64,000 bases of DNA, taken from IMG/VR virus record IMGVR_UViG_637000268_000004, positions 428 through 64,427 of that record. One strand, 5' to 3'. The position numbers and the translations under genes were made by a program. The DNA comes from a virus. The first letter of the stretch is position 1; every line of letters begins with the position of its first letter. A model generated the notes under the pieces. The model was not told where the DNA came from, did not search any database, and was given only the letters and a program-made list of their open reading frames with translations. This document shows, one piece after another, positions 1 to 10,057 of this stretch.

Positions 1-440
1 GGCATAGAGAACCTGTAAGGGGCTTCAGGTCTATTGAGCGTGTCGGTCTTCTTAACTTCTGGTACTAGCAGTTCGAGATCGATTGCCTCGTCAGGTTCGA
101 CGCGCAATTCTTCAATGGTCTTCCAGTCAGGGGTGATCCACTTACGCAGTTGGATATCTTCGTCTCTTAGGAAGCCTGAGATAACTGAAAGTTCAGCAGA
201 AAGTGCTCCCTTCAAGGAACGACGCTTGACCTCTAAGTCCCTTTCATGACGTGCTTTATCCAGCTGCGTAGCGTGAGCGAGCTGCTCTCGGAGACGTCGG
301 CCTGTTGTCCACACCGTCAGCAAGACACCAAAAAACGCTAAGCCCCCACCAATTAGGTGCTGAAACTTAGCTGGATCTTCCTTTAAACCCTGTCCAATTG
401 CCGACAGCACAACACCAACATTTGCAAAAAATTCGGTCAC
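1..440 (-). CDS. Hypothetical membrane-anchored cargo protein, runs off the window (start approximate)
   Basis: Hand translation gives an open frame (VTEFFANVGVVLSAIGQGLKEDPAKFQHLIGGGLAFFGVLLTVW...YRFSMP) with a hydrophobic segment; absent from the ORF track because it is truncated. Confidence 0.6.
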   Translation of the reverse strand, partial: MTEFFANVGVVLSAIGQGLKEDPAKFQHLIGGGLAFFGVLLTVWTTGRRLREQLAHATQLDKARHERDLEVKRRSLKGALSAELSVISGFLRDEDIQLRKWITPDWKTIEELRVEPDEAIDLELLVPEVKKTDTLNRPEAPYRFSM

Positions 441-623
441 GAAAAATCACTCCAATGAATTCTGAGGGTGAGCAACGAACCAAGCACCCTCTTCCCAATC
501 AAACCCATGCCAAGCGAGTCTGTCGACGCCATTGAACACAAACACGGTATCGTTGTAGTTCACGGCAATGCTCTCAAAAAGCCACCAAAATAGAGACATC
601 GCAAGTTAGGCCGCCCCAGAAAC

Positions 624-655
624 GAAAAAGCCCCGCTCGATGGCGGGGCTTTCGT
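624..655. terminator. Intrinsic terminator ending the P1 late operon (possibly bidirectional)
   Basis: aaaaagccccgc-tcgatg-gcggggcttt hairpin; the P2 copy has a compensatory stem change. Confidence 0.85.
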
Positions 656-674
656 CTTTGAGGTTATGCCAGCT

Positions 675-1073
675 TCATCGAAGCGACTTGAGCGCTCCGA
701 CGCCCGTGCCGACATAGAATAGCCACCGGATCATATCCCCGGCCCACTCCTGCATTTGCGGGGTTGGCAGATCTGCGACAGACCAAGTGAATCCGAAGAT
801 GCTGTCGAGAATGACTGCGCTCCACCATGCGGCCAAGGGTACGAGGAAGAGCGCAGCGAACAGCCAAAACCACGGAAAAGCGAGCTTGGCGCGATTGTAG
901 TCGGCCATGATCTGGGCTTCTTTCACGGCCTCACGGGCCAGCTCTACAGTCGTTTGGCTCCTGAGCTTCTCGCGGTCGTTTTGAAGCTCAGCGCGGCGCT
1001 CCAAATGGCTGATGGCTTTGTCCACCATACCGCCGAACCCCATGCGCATGAGGAATGCGATCAAGCCGGTCAT
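675..1073 (-). CDS. Holin-like membrane protein (3TM/GTA-holin-like)
   Basis: Start MTGLIAF overlaps the endolysin stop (ATGA); hydrophobic helices; conserved in P2. Confidence 0.65.
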   Translation of the reverse strand: MTGLIAFLMRMGFGGMVDKAISHLERRAELQNDREKLRSQTTVELAREAVKEAQIMADYNRAKLAFPWFWLFAALFLVPLAAWWSAVILDSIFGFTWSVADLPTPQMQEWAGDMIRWLFYVGTGVGALKSLR

Positions 1074-1879
1074 GCCGCAGCCTCCTGCGAGCGCAGGAAG
1101 TACAGAGCGGCGGTCACAGCAGCAATCAGAAGCACAGCGGCCAAGGCGTAGGCAACAGGGCCTTGAAGCTGTGTGAGGGCGATTGCGCCGCCGCCCAAAG
1201 CGCCGCCATTGGTCCACCCCTTACCAGACGTGATCAACTCCTTGACCGTGGCAGACAGGCTCCGTTCACCGTCTTCGGCGCGGGCCCCCGAACCATCCTC
1301 GCGATAGGACGGCGCGTGAATGACGGCAAGTTCACGATGGAGGTAGACAGCGCGATCGATCACGCCGGTGTCGCGCGCCTGAACGCCGAGGCTTTCCCCC
1401 ATCACCCGGCGTGTCCAGCCGCGGCCAAACGTGCCCCAGTGGCGCAGCTTCTTCAGCCAGGAGAACCGAGCCTGACAGATAGACTGGATCAACCCTTCGA
1501 CGTCCGCGCGGTCTACGGCTTCCATGGTGTTCACCCCGACAATCCCATCAGCCTTGACGCCCAGCTGGCGCTGCATGAACTTCACAGCGCGCGAAACACC
1601 GCTGTTTACCGCGAAGTCAAAGACGCAGTAGTCCAAGCCCCCGGGAAGCTCATCGCCACCCACCTTGTCCCAGTATTGGCTGCGATAGATCGCCTTCACT
1701 TCTTCCATGGTGATCAGTTTCACGCTGCGAGATGACAGCTGACGACGCCGCAGATCGGCATCATATGTGCGCTGGGTGACGCCCATATTCGTTGCTCCCC
1801 CCGGATCCTTGGGGTGGTTCACATAACCGCCTTCATGGGCCAGAACCCAATCAAGGCTTCGGTCGAAGTTCTTCTGCAT
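1070..1879 (-). CDS. Endolysin, glycoside hydrolase family 108 with peptidoglycan-binding region and hydrophobic C-terminus
   Basis: EGGYVNHPKDPGGATNMGVT GH108 motif; position in lysis cassette. Confidence 0.9.
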   Translation of the reverse strand: MQKNFDRSLDWVLAHEGGYVNHPKDPGGATNMGVTQRTYDADLRRRQLSSRSVKLITMEEVKAIYRSQYWDKVGGDELPGGLDYCVFDFAVNSGVSRAVKFMQRQLGVKADGIVGVNTMEAVDRADVEGLIQSICQARFSWLKKLRHWGTFGRGWTRRVMGESLGVQARDTGVIDRAVYLHRELAVIHAPSYREDGSGARAEDGERSLSATVKELITSGKGWTNGGALGGGAIALTQLQGPVAYALAAVLLIAAVTAALYFLRSQEAAA

Positions 1880-1880
1880 T

Positions 1881-2315
1881 CTAGCCTCCGCTGATCGTGA
1901 ATGTGTTGCTGGTGCGCCTGATCTCGCGTGCCCTGCCCTGCGTCGGATGGATGCGCCAGAGAGTGTTCACACGGTATTCCCCCGGTGGCAGGAGGAGCGG
2001 ATCCGCCCACGTCCACCAACAGAGGTCGAGCTTGTCCGGCAGCTGGTTTTCCGGCCGATAGTCATTGGCGCCCTGAAAGGTGCGATAGGTGGCCCAACCA
2101 TAGGATGCGCGCCCCATGATGGTAACGGTCCAGGCGGCCTTAAATGGCCGGTTGATCTCGCGATCAAACTGCATTTCCGGACACTCGCCGGATGCAGCGT
2201 CGGCAACGCGCACCTCCCCAGCCTGAAACCACCAGCTCGCGGGTAGCGCACTGGTCATAAGGCTCAGCGCAAGCACGGCGCCCCAAGCCCCGACGATAAA
2301 CTTGCCCCACGTCAT
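1881..2315 (-). CDS. Hypothetical lysis-cassette protein, N-terminal membrane/signal helix
   Basis: 144 aa ORF coupled to its neighbours; almost identical in P2. Confidence 0.75.
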   Translation of the reverse strand: MTWGKFIVGAWGAVLALSLMTSALPASWWFQAGEVRVADAASGECPEMQFDREINRPFKAAWTVTIMGRASYGWATYRTFQGANDYRPENQLPDKLDLCWWTWADPLLLPPGEYRVNTLWRIHPTQGRAREIRRTSNTFTISGG

Positions 2316-2608
2316 TTCTTGTTCCCCCGCAGAAGTCGGACGGCATCCTCAATGCCAAGAGACAGGATCTGTCGGGCGATATGCTCACCGGTCAGCGCGA
2401 TCAGAGCGCAAACTGCGTAGGTGTAGACCTCGCCATCAAGCTCCAGCCAATCCATAAGCGGCTCAGTGAACACCAGAGCGCAGCAGATCGCTGACGCGGT
2501 GGTGGTGATAGCCCCGAATAGGGTGATTTGGGGCGAGGCGCGCAGCTTCAGCAGGATTGCCGCCGCCATAGCCAGCCAGAATTCAATCGCAAACAGCAGG
2601 TCTTTCAC
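2312..2608 (-). CDS. Small multi-TM protein, holin candidate
   Basis: 98 aa, hydrophobic helices, basic C-terminus; identical protein in P2. Confidence 0.65.
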   Translation of the reverse strand: MKDLLFAIEFWLAMAAAILLKLRASPQITLFGAITTTASAICCALVFTEPLMDWLELDGEVYTYAVCALIALTGEHIARQILSLGIEDAVRLLRGNKK

Positions 2609-2614
2609 GGTTGC

Positions 2615-2962
2615 TCATCTCCATTTGTGGATAGTGACGGCCAGAACCATTGCCAGCCTGCGGATGCGCGAGACGCCAGCGGCGCGCAGCGCTTCGGAAA
2701 AGGGTGCAGCCGCGCTGACCCGCCCCCAACCGAGCCGGTGGAGGGCGTAATCATGCAGCGCAGCAGCTTTCAGATAGCGGGGATCGTGCCGGTCGAAGAT
2801 CCACCCGGCCCAGCGAGGAATCGAGACGTCAAAGGCAAAGCCCGGAGGCACGTAAATAAAGAGACCGGAGCCCTTGGCTCCAATCTCCCATGCGAGTTCA
2901 GTTGTGGTGAAGTATCCGTCCCCGTGGCGGATGTACCAGTTACTGCGGCCAATACCCGTCAT
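2615..2962 (-). CDS. DUF1353-like phage protein
   Basis: VPPGFAFDVSIPR...AAALHDY motif; identical in P2. Confidence 0.75.
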   Translation of the reverse strand: MTGIGRSNWYIRHGDGYFTTTELAWEIGAKGSGLFIYVPPGFAFDVSIPRWAGWIFDRHDPRYLKAAALHDYALHRLGWGRVSAAAPFSEALRAAGVSRIRRLAMVLAVTIHKWR

Positions 2963-3440
2963 TGGCGTAGTCTGCCGGGATGCCGCCTTGCGTGTCCTTC
3001 AGCGCCCAACTCGCGGCATAGACCTGTTCGATCCAGGCAGAGCCCAAGGACCACATTTCAAGCACCTGTGCGGGCGTCAGAACGTGGTCGGCGTTCTCAG
3101 CGTCCCTGAAGGTGGTCTGGTGTGTTGTATCGCCTTGGGAGAGTCGAAGCTGCGCAGCGAAGGCAAGGCCCTGCAGGTTGCGCGTGTCTTCGTCGCGCCC
3201 AGAGAGGGCCACAGGGCCGTGGCCGGTGACAGTGACAGTCGTGCCCGCTACGAGGCGTCGGGCGCGTTCGGCGTTTACATCATCGGTTGTTGGTGGGGGC
3301 GGCGCAGGGGGCGTGAACGCCTGCCCGTCCCAAAGATCCCCAATGCGCGCACCTCCCGCACCAACCCAGTTATACGCAAGTGGCGCATCGGCCTTTGCGA
3401 TGTTCACTACAACACCGTTTTCAATGATTGCGTATTTCAT
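2940..3440 (-). CDS. Tail fibre assembly/chaperone protein (DUF4376-like C-terminus)
   Basis: Directly downstream of the fibre gene; FRDAEN..HVLT motif; C-terminus shared with P2 41037-41669. Confidence 0.7.
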   Translation of the reverse strand: MKYAIIENGVVVNIAKADAPLAYNWVGAGGARIGDLWDGQAFTPPAPPPPTTDDVNAERARRLVAGTTVTVTGHGPVALSGRDEDTRNLQGLAFAAQLRLSQGDTTHQTTFRDAENADHVLTPAQVLEMWSLGSAWIEQVYAASWALKDTQGGIPADYANDGYWPQ

Positions 3441-3442
3441 GA

Positions 3443-4513
3443 TTACCAACTCCATACCCGAACACGACCATCGCCGCCGTCGCCGCCCCCGCCATCATTA
3501 GACGACGCGCCTCCACCTCCACCCGGTGATTGTCCGTCACCGCCCTTAGTGGATGCCGCGCCAGACCCATCCCCGCCATTACCCGCGAGTTGCGATACCC
3601 CTCCAGATCCAGCTTGCGAAGACCGTGATCCACCACCGCCACCGCCGCCAATAACAGCACCGCCTCCGTTGTACCCCATTGACCCAGATCCACCTGAAAA
3701 TCCACCCTGCCCCGGGGCCTCAGTCGATGTTACGTATACGGCTTGCGTACCCGACCCTGAAGCGCACTCATTACTGAACGGGCTGACACTTCCAGTCGTA
3801 CCAAGGCCACCACCCCTGCCAATCAAATGAGAGCCAAACGAGCTATCACCGCCAACCGACGCATCACCAGTTGAACCACTGGGCGCACCAGCACCCCCAG
3901 CGCCAATTGTTACGGTCTCGGTCGAGCCAAGAGATGATGCCAAGAACAAACCTAGGCTCCCCTCACCCCCACCTCCGCCGCCAGCATTTCCGCTTGATGT
4001 GATATTGCCGCCACCGCCGCCACCGCCAACAACCTCAACACGAACAAACGTGGCCCCATCTGGCTTTGTCCACGTACCGCTTGACGTGAACTCTTGGAAG
4101 TCCGCAGCACCACCGCCCCCCAGCTCCAGCCAATCCGTCCCGTCAACCGGGGTTGTTCCAGCGGGCGCAGTGGTCTTCTTGACGAATACGCTGCCCGTGT
4201 AAGACACGCTCTCGCCCACCGCGTACAGCGTACCAGCATCATAGTCGCCCCGATAGTTCGCCGCGCCCGATGCAATCAGTTCAGACTGTGCGGCTTCCGA
4301 GGCGCTACCCGCAGCCGCAGCAGCACTGCCAGACGCAGCACTGACACTGCCCGCGATTTCGGTGACCTTTTCTGAGACCCACGAAATGACAGTTGTTACC
4401 TCAGCAGCAAATGTGACCATCCAGGCAAAGAACGCATCCCCCCGCGCAGAGAAGGTAGAAGGCTGCTGACGCGATGGTGCATCTGGTGGCGGTGTGATCG
4501 TCGGATCGCTCAT
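3443..4513 (-). CDS. Tail fibre / receptor-binding protein with Gly-rich C-terminal domain
   Basis: N-terminus shared with the P2 fibre; FTSSGTWTKP...GGGGGGG...GGDGRVRV pattern typical of phage fibres. Confidence 0.8.
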   Translation of the reverse strand: MSDPTITPPPDAPSRQQPSTFSARGDAFFAWMVTFAAEVTTVISWVSEKVTEIAGSVSAASGSAAAAAGSASEAAQSELIASGAANYRGDYDAGTLYAVGESVSYTGSVFVKKTTAPAGTTPVDGTDWLELGGGGAADFQEFTSSGTWTKPDGATFVRVEVVGGGGGGGNITSSGNAGGGGGGEGSLGLFLASSLGSTETVTIGAGGAGAPSGSTGDASVGGDSSFGSHLIGRGGGLGTTGSVSPFSNECASGSGTQAVYVTSTEAPGQGGFSGGSGSMGYNGGGAVIGGGGGGGSRSSQAGSGGVSQLAGNGGDGSGAASTKGGDGQSPGGGGGASSNDGGGGDGGDGRVRVWSW

Positions 4514-5454
4514 GTGATACTCTCCAGTTCGAGAATGCCTTCCGAAACGCTCCCGATGCGGGGAACGACTTGAAAGGACTGGTAAAATCCGTAGACGGAA
4601 AACTCATTGGCCTTGTACGGCCCGTCGCTGCTGTAGACCGTCAATTTGGCGCGACGGCTTGCCAGACGACTTTTTAGGTAGGAAGCGCGCGAGGTCGGGA
4701 AGACAAATGCGACGGGCATTTCGTCTGCAAAGTCCTTCTCCAACAGCGACACCCGACCAAAATCAGAGTCGCGCTCTTTGCGGGAGAAGTCCTGGATCGA
4801 TAGCGGGATCTCATCAATCGTGACGCCGATCTCTTCTTTCCGGCCGATCACGATCTGCCCGACCTCTACGTCCTCTCCGGGTGCCTCCGCAGTAACCGTC
4901 ACTTCTGCACCCGCATAGGGCGGAATATCTGCGATGACCAAGCGGTCACTGAGGATGATCGGACTTGTGAGGTAGGTGTAGAGATCAACCACACTGTTCT
5001 CATCCTGCAGTGAGTATGTCTGATTGTAGACCTCGGCCCCACCACTGTCGCGAACAAGGACCGTCACCGACAGGGCGTAGAGCCCGAACAAAGCCACACT
5101 GTCGATCACGTTGGGCGCGGTTATCACCCACTGCGCGCTATTTGCCTGGACACTCGGGTCGCCGATATACTCATCGAAGACCCGCCAACGGTTGGTAGAG
5201 CGGATTTTCACCCATTTGGTGTTCCCCGTGTCGGTGGCAGGATCGACTGCGCCACCATGGCTGGGCCCCGAGGCAGAGACAGCGCGGTAAATGGCATGTT
5301 GCCCCTCTTCGACAATCACCTCTTCTGGGTTGTCCGGATCAGAGAACGGATAGTCAGTTGATGCATTCCAGACGGGCGCGTCAGTTTCGGGAACGGTCGA
5401 AGACACAAATGCGGCGTCGTCAATCGTCTCTGGCTCGATCATTCTCAGGCTCAT
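4510..5454 (-). CDS. Minor tail (distal tail/baseplate-like) protein
   Basis: Between tape measure and fibre; TAATG overlap with the TMP stop; conserved in P2. Confidence 0.7.
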   Translation of the reverse strand: MSLRMIEPETIDDAAFVSSTVPETDAPVWNASTDYPFSDPDNPEEVIVEEGQHAIYRAVSASGPSHGGAVDPATDTGNTKWVKIRSTNRWRVFDEYIGDPSVQANSAQWVITAPNVIDSVALFGLYALSVTVLVRDSGGAEVYNQTYSLQDENSVVDLYTYLTSPIILSDRLVIADIPPYAGAEVTVTAEAPGEDVEVGQIVIGRKEEIGVTIDEIPLSIQDFSRKERDSDFGRVSLLEKDFADEMPVAFVFPTSRASYLKSRLASRRAKLTVYSSDGPYKANEFSVYGFYQSFQVVPRIGSVSEGILELESIT

Positions 5455-8400
5455 TAAGTCCGCTCCTTCGGCACACCATCTCTGTCCCATTTGGTGTGCG
5501 TTCGCATCGACTTGCCTGTGTTGTAAGTCGTTGCGCGCGCATGGGATTCCAGAACTGCCAGCCGATCACCGATCTTGCGCAATTCCTGAACCACTGCGCT
5601 GCTATCCCCCTCGGCTTGGCCACCCGAACGGTTGGTGCGCGTGTGATCGATAACTGTCTCACGAGGATGCAGCATTGCGAGGAAGCCGCCCTTTCCATCA
5701 AGGCCGCCAACACGCGGTCCGCTGCCGGTGTAACCACCACCATCAAAGCTGGGAGTGTCTCCAGCGGCCAGCGCCCCATCTCGGAATGCGTTGATAAGCG
5801 CCTCGCCCTGCAGGCCCGTAGACTTCCAGAATTCGACACCCGCTGGATCTGCCGCACGGCCCAGCATAGAGCCATACAGTGCCTCAACCGGATCGACAGG
5901 CTGCGCTGCAGAGCCGATGTTGCCAAAGCCCGGTGTCACCCCCGTCCGAGCCTCGCCCGAGGTCATCAGATCGTACTGGATGCGGCCAGCCTTGACCTGT
6001 CCGGATTGCAGAAGGTCGCCGTAGAAGTCCAAGCCAGCCACATCGACATTCCGGCCAAAGACGTCTTGGTAAAGGCCGTTGATCTGCGCGGCTACGCCGT
6101 CAAGCACGCCCGCGCCTTTCTCGCTCAGAATGCCATTGGTGCGGTCAAAGCTTAACTGGTCGAAGGCGTCCGGCCCCATCCCCATCAGTCCGCCCGTACC
6201 CCCGATGCCCGAGACTGCAGAGAGCAGGGCCTGAGCAAGCGCATACATCGAGTCCTCGACCCGCAGCATGGCAGCCTCGACGCCAAGCATGGCAGTCTCC
6301 AAGCGCTCCATGGCCTCTTCCAGGTTGTCGGTGTTCTGGTCGATCCCGAGCAGTGGCCCATAGAGTTCCTCGATCGCGCGCTTCTGGTTTTCCAGTGCGC
6401 GGAGTTGCTGCTCTGCCTCTGTGAGCTGTTCCTCTGCGATTCCCTTCTGCTCATCCATGAGGGCGCTTGTTCTGGCGTAATCATAGGCGAAGTCCGCGTA
6501 TGTGCTGAAGAACTGCTCTGCCGGCGCGTTCAAGCCCTGCACGACCTCTCTCAGCCGCTGTGGGTCATCGATGCCGGCAGAAAGCTCCGCCTTCAGCCGT
6601 TCGCGCTGCAGGCGCTGCGCCTCACGCTCAAGCGGTGTGCGGGCGCCCAGCCCATCCGAGAGGATATCGAAGATGCCTTTGATCGAGTCACGCGCGCTTT
6701 GTGCCGATCGGATCTGCAGATCCATGATCCGCATCACGTTGTTGTACTCGACCAGTGCTGTGGCCTGCGCATCAGCGAGTTCATCCTCCGCCCCCAAGAC
6801 GTCACTGGAGAAGGAGCGCACCAGTGCAGAGATGCCGCTGGCAGCAAGCGAAGCAGAGCCATACAGCTCTTCCGAAAGCTGGCTCAGATTGGCGAACTCA
6901 CCGGACAGGTTAAGCAAACCAGCATATAGCGCCCTGCCCTCTTCTGTGCTGAGATCCTGCGCCTCGACCAGATCGCGGAAGGCCTCTTTGGTGGCCGGCA
7001 TGGCGACATTCAAGGCCTCGAATTGATCGGCCAGCAAGCCTGTGCGCGATGTCAGCAGCTCTTCCTGTGAATAGAAGTTGGTGAAGTAGCTGTTGACCGA
7101 AGCATTGAAGGTATCAAGGCCACCCGCTGCATCGATCAGTTGCCGCGCCAAGTCTGCGCCGTAGACCGAAGTCTCAAACATCGCCCCATTGAGCAGGTCC
7201 ATGGCCTGATTGGCCGAGGTGATCGAGGAAACAAGCGCATCCAGCGTGGCAGCGGCGTCTTCGCCTTCGCGGATTAGCCTGCCACCCATGGCCTCATTGA
7301 ACGACCCCAATGCCGCGTAGGAGAACTGATCGGCGACGGTATCGAAGATGCGCTGGATCTCAGCATTGCGCGCCGCCTCATCCAGCCCCTTGAGGCTGAC
7401 CTGGATCTGCGTGGACCAGCTGGAGAAATTATCAGCGGTGAGACCAAGCCGCGCACCGGCAGCCCCAATCGAGGTGGTGATGTCTTCAATGGACTTGCGG
7501 ATGGGCGCAGCCGTAGCCTCATCGGCCTCCTCAAAGGTGAGGCTGACCTTTTTGGAGAGCCCCCAGAAGCGGGACTTCTGCACCTTGTCGAACTCTTCAA
7601 CCAAGGTGCCCATATTATCGGCGGTCACGCGAAGGCCGTTATCCAAGTGCTTGGTTTTGGTGGTGAAGAAGCTCACCGCTGCGGCAACAGCGCCCAGAGC
7701 GGGCAGCGCCGCGCCCACTGCGCCCCAGCCGCCCACAGAACCGGTCACCAGACCACCCAGGTTCGCAAAACTGGACCCAAGGCCACCACCTGATAGCACG
7801 CCGCCAAGGCCCGAGGAAATTCCACTCACTGCACCGCTAAATGCACCACCACTGCCCAAACCGAGGACGTTGCCAAGCAGGCCACTACCGCCACCGGCCG
7901 CGGCCTGAGCGACCCCACCGGCCACGGCCCCGCCACCGCTGAACGCGGCCATGAACGGAACGACGATCTCGTTTTTCAGTGCCACTGAGATCATCTGCTT
8001 GAGCCAGTCTTCAAACCCGTTGAGGATAGCTTCGAGACCGTCGGTGAAGCCGTTGAACAGGCCATCCACGAGGCCGTCCGTTAGATCACCAACCAGCGGC
8101 AAGGAGTCTGCCAGTTCAACGTTGAGGTTGCGCATCGCGCGCGCCATTTCATCCTCGGACAAAACACCTTGGAACCTAGCCAGTTTTTCCAGCTCTTGCC
8201 GATAAGCCTCCATTGGGTCGAGAGATGCTTTGAGAGCCTTAAGCTCGTTTTCAAGCGCCTTGGTGGACTTGCCGCTGGCAGAGGACACCTTGTTCAGTGC
8301 ACGCTCTCTCTCGCGAGCGGCTTCGCGCTCTTTATCCAGCATGATATCCGCAGCCTGTCCCGAGCGGAAAACCCATCTCTCAGCCTCAATCGCCATCAGC

Positions 8401-9977
8401 TCAAAAACATTCGCACCTTGCGAGCGGGCGTTCCAATCGGTCTCTCGATTGAATAGCTCGGCCTCTTGGCGCGCTGCCTTGATCGACTTACCGGATTGCA
8501 GCGCTTCGATTTCCACGAACTTCGCCGCGTTAGAGAGCATGCCGCCGCCGATTGCAGACAGTGACGACATGATCGCTTGGATCTCAGAGTTGACACCCAT
8601 CATGGCGTCGGCCCAGCGTATCGTCTGAGAGGTGGCCTCCTCGGTGTCGGACACCGCCCTGCTGGATGCCGTAATGATGGCCTCCAGCTGAACTACTGCA
8701 TCTGTCAAAGCTGAAGGCAGCTTTTGTCCCTCAGGGTAGAACTCTCGAATGATATCTAGGGCTTCTTTAGACTCTCTTTGGATGTCCTCAAGCGCCTGTG
8801 CTCCACGAAGCTCGTCAAAGCCTGCCTTGATAGCGCGAATTTCTTCGGGCATCAGCCCGACGGCTTGAGCGGCGACATAAGCATCCTCTTCAAGTGCCTC
8901 GAAGTTCTCCTTGAATGTTTGGATCTGTTCAGAGGTGGCTCCGATCGACTTGTTTCGCTCCAACGCGGCAAGTGCATCTTCCATGGCAGAAATGGCAGAT
9001 GCAGCATCACTCAGGTTCGCAAAAAGATCAAAGTTCTCAGTTTGCAAACCATCCAGTGCGCGCTTTATCGAGACTCCAGAGAGATACTCGTAGGTCTCTT
9101 TGACGTCCGCAGCAAAGATGCCAAACTCTTCTATTAGCTCCAGAGTTCCACGACGCGCGGCGTCAGCATACAGCGTGTAATCGTCGAGCGCCCCAACAAG
9201 CTCGCCCATCGCTTCAGAATTCAGGCGAGACTGTTCCTCCATTTCCCTTGAAGCATCACCTACCTCGAGTAGCCCAACAGCCATTGGCCCCAGCACGCTG
9301 ATGAGGGTACCGGCTGCAATACCGGCAATCCCGAACATGGCGCCAATATCGGCAGCCTGAATTGCAGCCGCTCCGAGATAGTCGCCAGTAACAGATCCTT
9401 GTTGGCCCACCTGGCTCAGCTGAAGGCCAATCTGCCTCAGATCATGGCTTCGCTCCTTGGAAAACAGCCCAAGAAAGCCTCTCGTTGGCGTGGAAGCCTT
9501 ATCGGCCGCTGACGAAGTGCCCAAATATCGCTGCTCTGCCAGCTGCATGACGCGGTTTGCTTCTTGCTGCGTGACGATACCGGAACGCACAGCATTTTCA
9601 GCCTGCTGTACCGCAGCCTCATACCGTTTGGATGAAGCGTAGACAGGATCGAGCGTTGAGCGCAGCCGATCAAAGGATTTGGCTTGCCGATCCAATTGCC
9701 CTGCCCACAGCTTTGCAGAAGCCGAAGCCGAGTTGGACGCCCGTTCCACACCTGTCAGCGCATCGATTTGCTTCTGTGCTGCCGAAGCTGCTTTCTTGAA
9801 ACCATCATCCCAAGACCGCGCCATCCCCTCGGCGTGGCGCAATGCATCTCGGCTGGTCTCCTCAAACCCACCACGAAGATAACCGAGTGCCTTGCGCGCT
9901 CTCGCACTACCGGCCTCAAACGAGGCTGTTTCCATCGATGCTTCGGCATGTAGCGCGCCAACTGGGATTACAGACAT
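5454..9977 (-). CDS. Tail tape measure protein
   Basis: About 1500 aa, Ala/Glu/Gly-rich and helical, downstream of the tail chaperones. Confidence 0.9.
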   Translation of the reverse strand: MSVIPVGALHAEASMETASFEAGSARARKALGYLRGGFEETSRDALRHAEGMARSWDDGFKKAASAAQKQIDALTGVERASNSASASAKLWAGQLDRQAKSFDRLRSTLDPVYASSKRYEAAVQQAENAVRSGIVTQQEANRVMQLAEQRYLGTSSAADKASTPTRGFLGLFSKERSHDLRQIGLQLSQVGQQGSVTGDYLGAAAIQAADIGAMFGIAGIAAGTLISVLGPMAVGLLEVGDASREMEEQSRLNSEAMGELVGALDDYTLYADAARRGTLELIEEFGIFAADVKETYEYLSGVSIKRALDGLQTENFDLFANLSDAASAISAMEDALAALERNKSIGATSEQIQTFKENFEALEEDAYVAAQAVGLMPEEIRAIKAGFDELRGAQALEDIQRESKEALDIIREFYPEGQKLPSALTDAVVQLEAIITASSRAVSDTEEATSQTIRWADAMMGVNSEIQAIMSSLSAIGGGMLSNAAKFVEIEALQSGKSIKAARQEAELFNRETDWNARSQGANVFELMAIEAERWVFRSGQAADIMLDKEREAARERERALNKVSSASGKSTKALENELKALKASLDPMEAYRQELEKLARFQGVLSEDEMARAMRNLNVELADSLPLVGDLTDGLVDGLFNGFTDGLEAILNGFEDWLKQMISVALKNEIVVPFMAAFSGGGAVAGGVAQAAAGGGSGLLGNVLGLGSGGAFSGAVSGISSGLGGVLSGGGLGSSFANLGGLVTGSVGGWGAVGAALPALGAVAAAVSFFTTKTKHLDNGLRVTADNMGTLVEEFDKVQKSRFWGLSKKVSLTFEEADEATAAPIRKSIEDITTSIGAAGARLGLTADNFSSWSTQIQVSLKGLDEAARNAEIQRIFDTVADQFSYAALGSFNEAMGGRLIREGEDAAATLDALVSSITSANQAMDLLNGAMFETSVYGADLARQLIDAAGGLDTFNASVNSYFTNFYSQEELLTSRTGLLADQFEALNVAMPATKEAFRDLVEAQDLSTEEGRALYAGLLNLSGEFANLSQLSEELYGSASLAASGISALVRSFSSDVLGAEDELADAQATALVEYNNVMRIMDLQIRSAQSARDSIKGIFDILSDGLGARTPLEREAQRLQRERLKAELSAGIDDPQRLREVVQGLNAPAEQFFSTYADFAYDYARTSALMDEQKGIAEEQLTEAEQQLRALENQKRAIEELYGPLLGIDQNTDNLEEAMERLETAMLGVEAAMLRVEDSMYALAQALLSAVSGIGGTGGLMGMGPDAFDQLSFDRTNGILSEKGAGVLDGVAAQINGLYQDVFGRNVDVAGLDFYGDLLQSGQVKAGRIQYDLMTSGEARTGVTPGFGNIGSAAQPVDPVEALYGSMLGRAADPAGVEFWKSTGLQGEALINAFRDGALAAGDTPSFDGGGYTGSGPRVGGLDGKGGFLAMLHPRETVIDHTRTNRSGGQAEGDSSAVVQELRKIGDRLAVLESHARATTYNTGKSMRTHTKWDRDGVPKERT

Positions 9978-10057
9978 GAGGGTTGATCCAGTGAGAGAGA
10001 ACGTGGAAAGATCCTCTCGAATTGGATTCAAGAGGTTGTTATTGTGAGGAAAGTAAA

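Noticed and set aside
664-873. Embedded o-spanin in an alternative frame of the last lysis gene
   Set aside because: No clear lipobox, and the ORF length is not conserved in P2 (38785-38970)
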